Positions 54,973 through 64,000 of a stretch of DNA of 64,000 bases are shown in pieces (position 1 is the stretch's first letter; the number at the start of each line of letters is the position of its first letter). The notes beneath the pieces are model-generated. The model did no database searches. It had not been told where the DNA came from and saw only the letters and a list, made by a program, of their open reading frames with translations. Made by a program: the position numbers and the translations under genes. Source of the DNA: Tubiluchus corallicola (taxonomy: Eukaryota; Animalia; Priapulida); assembly GCA_030141605.1 (NCBI GenBank), contig JAQGDQ010002366.1, positions 989,079-1,053,078 of the forward strand. The letters are read 5' to 3'.

Positions 54973-57900
54973 ATGTTAAGTCAACATAAATACTTTGGAT
55001 TACTGTTTAACTTACTTTTGTGCTACTCTCCAGTAAATGTAATATATGCATTATCGTGGCCATATTATCCTCTTCAGAAAATGTGCTCGACAGTATTTAA
55101 AAATAATAAATCCGATAATATTCTGACAACAGAATTAGGTGCAACAGTCATATCTTCACCCCCTGGCAATTACGAAAATGTACCTGCTCATAACTGTTTT
55201 AATTACATCAGATTTTCATACCCTAATGATACAGGACCAAAGTATAACCTTTACCTGCTTCGATTTATAAAGTTAGATCTTGCCTGCCCTAATGAATATA
55301 TTGAGATAGGACATGGTGATCCAGTTGTGTGGGATGAACAGGTTTGTGAGCATTATGGAACACCTTTTACGAGGTATGTAACAAAGGACAAAGCGGTTGG
55401 CTATATTCACACAAGATTTCAGACAGATGGTGTACACACCAGCCATACAGGATTTGAATTTTGGGTCACTTCTGTACCATCTGTAAGAGGGGATCCATGT
55501 ATCAATAACATGTGCCAAAATGGTACATGCGGGACAAATCCAAACAATTTTTTAGGCGTCTATTTGTGCCAGTGTGAACTGGGTTTTACAGGCTTCTATT
55601 GTGAAACAGATTTCAATGAGTGTGTATGGGAACCATGTTTACATAATGGAACATGTACCAACATTCCTGGTTCATTTATATGTGCCTGTCTAGCAGGTGT
55701 CACTGGACAGTGGTGCGAAACAGATTCACTCGATGAGTGTAATTCAAATCCTTGCCTTCATGGGGATTGTACTAATGGGTTTGGTTACTATGCTTGTACT
55801 TGTTTTTCTGGTTACGAGGGAACTAGGTGCCAAACAAACACAGATGAGTGTGCTTCAAGTCCATGTTTAAGTGGTGCAACATGCTTAGATGATGTAAACT
55901 CATATAACTGCATATGTGTGACAGGTTATACAGGTATCAACTGTGAAACGAACATTGATGAATGTGCCTCAAGTCCATGCCTAAATGGTGCAACATGCTT
56001 AGATGATGTAAATTCATATAACTGCACATGTGTGGCCGGTTATACAGGCATCAACTGTGAAACGAACATTGATGAATGTGCCTCAAGTCCATGTTTAAAT
56101 GGTGCAACATGCTTAGATGATGTAAACTCATATAACTGCACATGTTTGGCTGGTTATTCAGGTGTCAACTGTGAAATAAATGTAGATGAATGTGCTTCAA
56201 GTCAGTGCTTAAATGGTGCAACATGCTTAGATGATGTAAACTCATATAACTGCACATGTATGGCTGGCTATACAGGTTTCAACTGCGAAATAAACATTGA
56301 TGAATGTGCCTCAAGTCCATGCTTAAATGGTGCAACATGCTTAGATGATGTAAACTCATATAACTGCACATGTATGGCTGGCTATACAGGTTTCAACTGC
56401 GAAATAAACATTGATGAATGTGCCTCCAGTCCATGCTTAAATGGTGCAACATGCTTAGATAATGTTAACTCATATAACTGCACATGTGTGACAGGTTATA
56501 CAAGCATCAACTGTGAAATAAATGTGGATGAATGTGCCTCAAGTCCATGCTTAAATAGTGCAACATGCTTAGATGGTGTAAACTCATATAACTGCACATG
56601 CATGGCCGGTTATACAGGCATCAACTGTGAAATAAATGTAGATGAATGTGCCTCAAGTCCGTGCTTAAATGGTGCAACATGCTTAGATGATGTAAACTCA
56701 TATAACTGCTCATGTTTGGCTGGTTATTCAGGTGTCAACTGTGAATTAAATGTAGACGAATGTGCCTCAAGTCCGTGCTTAAATGGTGCAACATGCTTAG
56801 ATGATGTAAACTCATATAACTGCACATGTATGGCTGGCTATACAGGTTTCAACTGCGAAATAAACATTGATGAATGTGCCTCAAGTCCATGCTTAAATGG
56901 TGCAACATGCTTAGATGATGTAAACTCATATAACTGCACATGTGTGACAGGTTATACAAGCATCAACTGTGAAATAAATGTGGATGAATGTGCCTCAAGT
57001 CCATGCTTAAATAGTGCAACATGCTTAGATGATGTAAACTCATATAACTGCACATGTGTGGCCGGTTATACAGGCATCAACTGTGAATAAATGTAGATGA
57101 ATGTGTAAGTCCATGCTTAAATGATGCAACATGCTTAGATGATGTAAACTCATATAACTGCACATGTGGCAGGTTATACAGGCATCAACTGTGAAATAAA
57201 CATTGACGGAATGTGCCTAAGTCCATGTTTAAATGATGCAACATGCTTAGATGATGTAAACTCATATAACTGCACATGTGTGGCTGGTTATACAGGTATC
57301 AACTGTGAAATAAACATTGATGAATGTGCCTCAAGTCCATGCTTAAATGGTGCAACATGCTTAGATGATGTAAACTCATATAACTGCACATGTTTGGCTG
57401 GTTATTCAGGTGTCAACTGTGAAATAAATGTAGATGAATGTGCCTCAAGTCCGTGCTTAAATGGTGCAACATGCTTAGATGATGTAAACTCATATAACTG
57501 CACATGTGTGGCAGGTTATACAGGCATCAACTGTGAAATAAACATTGATGAATGTGCCTCAGGTCCATGCTTAAATGGTGCAACATGCTTAGATGATGTA
57601 AACTCATATAACTGCGCATGTGTGGCAGGTTATACAGGCATCAACTGTGAAATAAATGTAGATGAATGCGCCTCAAGTCCATGCTTAAATGGTGCAACAT
57701 GCTTAGATGATGTAAACTCATATAACTGCACATGTGTGACAGGTTATACAGGCATCAACTGTGAAATAAACATTGACGAATGTGCCTCAAGTCCATGCTT
57801 AAATAGTGCAACGTGCTTAGATGATGTAAACTCATATAACTGCACATGTGTGGCTGGTTATACAGGCATCAACTGTGAAATAAACATTGACGAATGTGCC

Positions 57901-60900
57901 TCAAGTCCATGCTTAAATGGTGCAACATGCTTAGATGATGTAAACTCATATAACTGCACATGCGTGGCCGGTTATACAGGCATCAACTGTGAAATAAATG
58001 TAGATGAATGTGCCTCAAGTCCGTGCTTAAATGATGCAACATGCTTAGATGATGTAAACTTATATAGCTGCACATGTGTGGCAGGTTATACAGGCATCAA
58101 CTGTGAAATAAACATTGACGAATGTGCCTCAAGTCCATGTTTAAATGATGCAACATGCTTAGATGATGTAAACTCATATAACTGCACATGTTTGGCTGGT
58201 TATTCAGGTGTCAACTGTGAAATAAATGTAGATGAATGTGCCTCAAGTCCGTGCTTAAATGGTGCAACATGCTTAGATGATGTAAACTCATATAACTGCA
58301 CATGTGTGGCTGGTTATTCAGGTGTCAGCTGTGAAATAAATGTAGATGAATGTGCCTCAAGTCAGTGCTTAAATGGTGCAACATGCTTAGATGATGTAAA
58401 CTCATATAACTGCACATGTTTGGCTGGTTATTCAGGTGTCAACTGTGAAATAAATGTAGATGAATGTGCCTCAAGTCCGTGCTTAAATGGTGCAACATGC
58501 TTAGATGATGTAAACTCATATAACTGCACATGCATGGCCGGTTATACAGGCATCAACTGTGAAATAAATGTAGATGAATGTGCCTCAAGTCCATGCTTAA
58601 ATGGTGCAACATGCTTAGATGATGTAAACTCATATAACTGCACATGTGTGGCAGGTTATACAGGCATCAACTGTGAAACAAACATTGATGAATGTGCCTC
58701 AAGTCCATGCTTAAATGGTGCAACATGCTTAGATGATGTAAACTCATATAACTGCACATGTGTGGCAGGTTATACAGGCATCAACTGTGAAACAAACATT
58801 GACGAATGTGCCTCAAGTCCATGCTTAAATGGTGCAACATGCTTAGATGATGTAAACTCATATAACTGCACATGCGTGGCCGGTTATACAGGCATCAACT
58901 GTGAAATAAATGTAGATGAATGTGCCTCAAGTCCGTGCTTAAATGATGCAACGTGCTTAGATAATGTAAACTTATATAGCTGCACATGTGTGGCAGGTTA
59001 TACAGGCATCAACTGTGAAATAAACATTGACGAATGTGCCTCAAGTCCATGTTTAAATGATGCAACATGCTTAGATGATGTAAACTCATATAACTGCACA
59101 TGTGTGGCTGGTTATACAGGCATCAACTGTGAAATAAATGTGGATGAATGTGCCTCAAGTCCATGCTTAAATAGTGCAACATGCTTAGATGGTGTAAACT
59201 CATATAACTGCACATGTGTGGCTGGGTATACAGGCATCAACTGTGAAACAAACATTGACGAATGTGCCTCAAGTCCATGCTTAAATGGTGCAACATGCTT
59301 AGATGATGTAAACTCATATAACTGCACATGTGTGGCAGGTTATACAGGCATCAACTGTGAAATAAACATTGATGAATGTGCCTCAAGTCCATGCTTAAAT
59401 GGTGCAACATGCTTAGATGGTGTAAACTCATATAATTGCACATGTGTGACAGGTTATACAGGCATCAACTGCGAAACAAACATTGAAGAATGTGCCTCAA
59501 GTCCATGCTTAAATGGTGCAACATGCTTAGATGATGTAAACTCATATAACTGCACATGTTTGGCTGGTTATTCAGGTGTCAACTGTGAAATAAATGTAGA
59601 TGAATGTGCCTCAAGTCCGTGCTTAAATGGTGCAACATGCTTAGATGATGTAAACTCATATAACTGCACATGTATGGCTGGCTATACAGGTTTCAACTGC
59701 GAAATAAACATTGATGAATGTGCCTCAAGTCCATGCTTAAATGGTGCAACATGCTTAGATGATGTAAACTCATATAACTGCACATGTGTGGCTGGTTATT
59801 CAGGTGTCAGCTGTGAAATAAATGTAGATGAATGTGCCTCAAGTCCATGCTTAAATGGTGCAACATGCTTAGATGATGTAAACTCATATAACTGCACATG
59901 TGTGGCAGGTTATACAGGCAACAACTGTGAAATAAACATTGATGAATGTGCCTCAAGTCCATGCTTAAATGGTGCAACATGCTTAGATGATGTAAACTCA
60001 TATAACTGCACATGTGTGGCTGGTTATTCAGGTGTCAACTGTGAAATAAATGTAGATGAATGTGCCTCAAGTCCGTGCTTAAATGGTGCAACATGCTTAG
60101 ATGATGTAAACTCATATAACTGCACATGTGTGGCTGGTTATTCAGGTGTCAACTGTGAAATAAATGTAGATGAATGTGCCTCAAGTCCGTGCTTAAATGG
60201 TGCAACATGCTTAGATGATGTAAACTCATATAACTGCACATGTATGGCTGGCTATACAGGTTTCAACTGCGAAATAAACATTGATGAATGTGCCTCAAGT
60301 CCATGCTTAAATGGTGCAACTTGCTTAGATGACATAAACTCATATAACTGCACATGTTTGGCTGGTTATTCAGGTGTCAACTGTGAAATAAATGTAGATG
60401 AATGTGCCTCAAGTCCATGCTTAAATGGTGCAACATGCTTAGATGATGTACATTCATATAACTGCACATGTGTGGCTGGTTATTCAGGTGCCAACTGTGA
60501 AATAAATATAGATGAATGTGCCTCAAGTCCATGCTTAAATGGTGCAACATGCTTAGATGATGTAAACTCATATAACTGCACATGTGTGGCAGGTTATACA
60601 GGCAACAACTGTGAAATAAACATTGATGAATGTGCCTCAAGTCCATGCTTAAATGGTGCAACATGCTTAGATGATGTTAACTCATATAACTGCACATGTG
60701 TGACAGGTTATACAAGCATCAACTGTGAAATAAATGTGGATGAATGTGCCTCAAGTCCATGCTTAAATAGTGCAACATGCTTAGATGATGTAAACTCATA
60801 TAACTGCACATGCGTGGCCGGTTATACAGGCATCAACTGTGAAATAAATGTAGATGAATGTGCCTCAAGTCCATGCTTAAATGATGCAACGTGCTTAGAT

Positions 60901-63900
60901 AATGTAAACTTATATAACTGCACATGTGTGGCAGGTTATACAGGCATCAACTGTGAAATAAACATTGACGAATGTGCCTCAAGTCCATGTTTAAATGATG
61001 CAACATGCTTAGATGATGTAAACTCATATAACTGCACATGTGTGGCTGGTTATTCAGGTGTCAACTGTGAATTAAATGTAGATGAATGTGCCTCAAGTCC
61101 GTGCTTAAATGGTGCAACATGCTTAGATGATGTAAACTCATATAACTGCACATGCATGGCTGGCTATTCAGGTTTCAACTGTGAAATAAATGTAGATGAG
61201 TGTGTCTCAAGTCCATGCTTAAATGGTGCAACATGCTTAGATGATGTAAACTCATATAATTGCACATGTGTGACAGGTTATACAGGCATCAACTGTGAAA
61301 CAAACATTGATGAATGTGCCTCAAGTCCGTGCCTAAATGGTGCAACATGCTTAGATGATGTAAATTCATATAACTGCACATGTGTGGCCGGTTATACAGG
61401 CATCAACTGTGAAATAAATGTAGATGAATGCGCCTCAAGTCCATGCTTAAATGATGCAACGTGCTTAGATAATGTAAACTTATATAGCTGCACATGTGTG
61501 GCAGGTTATACTGGCATCATCTGTGAAATAAACATTGACGAATGTGCCTCAAGTCCATGTTTAAATGGTGCAACATGCTTAGATGATGTAAACTCATATA
61601 ACTGCACATGTTTGGCTGGTTATTCAGGTGTCAACTGTGAAATAAATGTAGATGAATGTGCCTCAAGTCTGTGCTTAAATGGTGCAACATGCTTAGATGA
61701 TGTAAACTCATATAACTGCACATGTATGGCTGGCTATACAGGTTTCAACTGCGAAATAAACATTGATGAATGTGCCTCAAGTCCATGCTTAAATGGTGCA
61801 ACATGCTTAGATGATGTAAACTCATATAACTGCACATGTGTGGCAGGTTATACAGGCATCAACTGTGAAATAAACATTGATGAATGTGCCTCAAGTCCAT
61901 GTTTAAATGATGCAACATGCTTAGATGATGTAAACTCATATAACTGCACATGTGTGGCTGGTTATACAGGCATCAACTGTGAAACAAACATTGACGAATG
62001 TGCCTCAAGTCCATGCTTAAATGGTGCAACATGCTTAGATGATGTAAACTCATATAACTGCACATGTTTGGCTGGTTATTCAGGTGTCAACTGTGAAATA
62101 AATGTAGATGAATGTGCCTCAAGTCCATGCTTAAATGGTGCAACATGCTTAGATGATGTAAACTCATATAACTGCACATGTGTGGCAGGTTATACAGGCA
62201 TCAACTGTGAAATAAACATTGATGAATGTGCCTCAAGTCCATGCTTAAATGGTGCAACATGCTTAGATGATGTAAACTCATATAACTGCACATGTGTGGC
62301 AGGTTATACAGGCAACAACTGTGAAATAAACATTGATGAATGTGCCTCAAGTCCATGCTTAAATGGTGCAACATGCTTAGATGATGTAAACTCATATAAC
62401 TGCACATGCATGGCCGGTTATACAGGCATCAACTGTGAAATAAATGTAGATGAATGTGCCTCAAGTCCATGTTTAAATGATGCAACATGCTTAGATGATG
62501 TAAACTCATATAACTGCACATGTGTGGCTGGTTATACAGGCATCAACTGTGAAACAAACATTGACGAATGTGCCTCAAGTCCATGCTTAAATGGTGCAAC
62601 ATGCTTAGATGATGTAAACTCATATAACTGCACTTGTTTGGCTGGTTATACAGGTTTCAACTGTGAAATAAATGTAGATGAATGTGCCTCAAGTCCGTGC
62701 TTAAATGGTGCAACATGCTTAGATGATGTAAACTCATATAACTGCACATGTGTGGCAGGTTATACAGGCATCAACTGTGAAATAAACATTGATGAATGTG
62801 CCTCAAGTCCATGCTTAAATGGTGCAACATGCTTAGATGATGTAAACTCATATAACTGCACATGTGTGGCTGGTTATACAGGCATCAACTGTGAAATAAA
62901 CATTGATGAATGTGCCTCAAGTCCATGCTTAAATGGTGCAACATGCTTAGATGATGTAAACTCATATAACTGCACATGTGTGGCTGGTTATACAGGCATC
63001 AACTGTGAAATAAGCATTGACGAATGTGCCACAAGTCCGTGCTTAAATGGTGCAACATGCTTAGATGATGTAAACTCATATAACTGCACATGTGTGGCTG
63101 GTTATACAGGCAACAACTGTGAAATAAACATTGATGAATGTGCCTCAAGTCCGTGCTTAAATGGTGCAACATGCTTAGATGATGTAAACTCATATAACTG
63201 CACATGTATGGCTGGCTATACAGGTTTGAACTGCGAAATAAACGTTGATGAATGTGCCTCAAGTCCATGCTTAAATGGTGCAACATGTTTAGATGATGTA
63301 GACTCATATAACTGCACATGTGTGGCTGGTTATTCAGGTGTCAACTGTGAATTAAATGTAGATGAATGTGCCTCAAGTCCGTGCTTAAATGGTGCAACAT
63401 GCTTAGATGATGTAAACTCATATAACTGCACATGTGTGGCAGGTTATACAGGCAACAACTGTGAAATAAACATTGATGAATGTGCCTCAAGTCCGTGCTT
63501 AAATGGTGCAACATGCTTAGATGATGTAAACTCATATAACTGCACATGTATGGCTGGCTATACAGGTTTGAACTGCGAAATAAACGTTGATGAATGTGCC
63601 TCAAGTCCATGCTTAAATGGTGCAACATGTTTAGATGATGTAGACTCATATAACTGCACATGTGTGGCTGGTTATTCAGGTGTCAACTGTGAATTAAATG
63701 TAGATGAATGTGCCTCAAGTCCGTGCTTAAATGGTGCAACATGCTTAGATGATGTAAACTCATATAACTGCACATGCATGGCCGGTTATACAGGCATCAA
63801 CTGTGAAATAAATGTAGATGAATGTGCCTCAAGTCCATGCTTAAATGATGCAACATGCTTAGATGATGTAAACTCATATAACTGCACATGTGTGGCAGGT

Positions 63901-64000
63901 TATACAGGCATCAACTGTGAAATAAACATTGATGAATGTGCCTCAAGTCCATGCTTAAATGGTGCAACATGCTTAGATGATGTAAACTCATATAACTGCA
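54973..64000 (+). CDS. Secreted or cell-surface CUB-like + tandem Ca-binding EGF protein (fibropellin/Notch-like repeats), 3'-incomplete, frame interrupted at 57088-57167
   Basis: Signal peptide ([20 protein letters not shown]); CUB-like motifs ([24 protein letters not shown]...TGF); 3 divergent EGFs; then ~71 units of [38 protein letters not shown]. The same frame resumes at 57148 and stays open to 64000. Confidence 0.85.
55843..64000 (+). repeat. Coding tandem array, 114-bp unit, ~71.5 copies, continuing beyond the window
   Basis: Nearly invariant core GCAACATGCTTAGATGATGTAAACTCATATAACTGCACATG recurs every 114 bp. Confidence 0.97.

Noticed and set aside
57105-57110. GTAAGT donor-like site that might splice out the frameshifted EGF segment
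   Set aside because: It lies downstream of the first in-frame stop (57088-57090), so it cannot rescue the frame.
59112-63661. Minus-strand His/Leu/Met-rich ORFs ([13 protein letters not shown]...)
   Set aside because: Antisense shadows of the EGF repeat.
55843-64000. Regularly spaced repeats resembling a CRISPR array
   Set aside because: No unique spacers; the whole 114-bp unit repeats and encodes an EGF domain; eukaryotic context with no cas genes.

Overview
AT-rich invertebrate animal genomic DNA with spliceosomal introns; no prokaryotic features. Four protein-coding genes were reconstructed by hand. (1) XBP1, minus strand, 4 exons (2889-7513), with a 23-nt IRE1-type intron (4034-4056) between two CNG/CAGN stem-loops. 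Both the spliced (~426 aa) and unspliced (~236 aa, hydrophobic segment plus arrest-peptide-like tail) frames are intact, and the promoter has ERSE-like, CARE and CRE-like motifs. (2) Intronless MTRFR/C12orf65 (13983-14594, +). (3) A 20-exon, ~4198-aa polycystin-1-family gene on the minus strand (18177-49537): signal peptide, WSC, PKD repeats, REJ, GPS, PLAT, 11-TM-type channel region, long tail. It has a GC-AG intron and a ~350-aa low-complexity insert with a furin-type site inside the REJ region. (4) A secreted CUB-like + EGF gene (54973 to beyond the window end, +) with an intron-free array of ~71 near-identical 114-bp Ca-binding EGF units, broken only by a short cluster of compensating indels near 57.1 kb. 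Introns and intergenic DNA hold decayed LINEs, several MITEs and a foldback element with hammerhead-ribozyme-like arms. The best candidates for something undescribed are the EGF array gene, the REJ insert and the variant hammerhead. Exon models come from splice signals and phase only, without transcript data.
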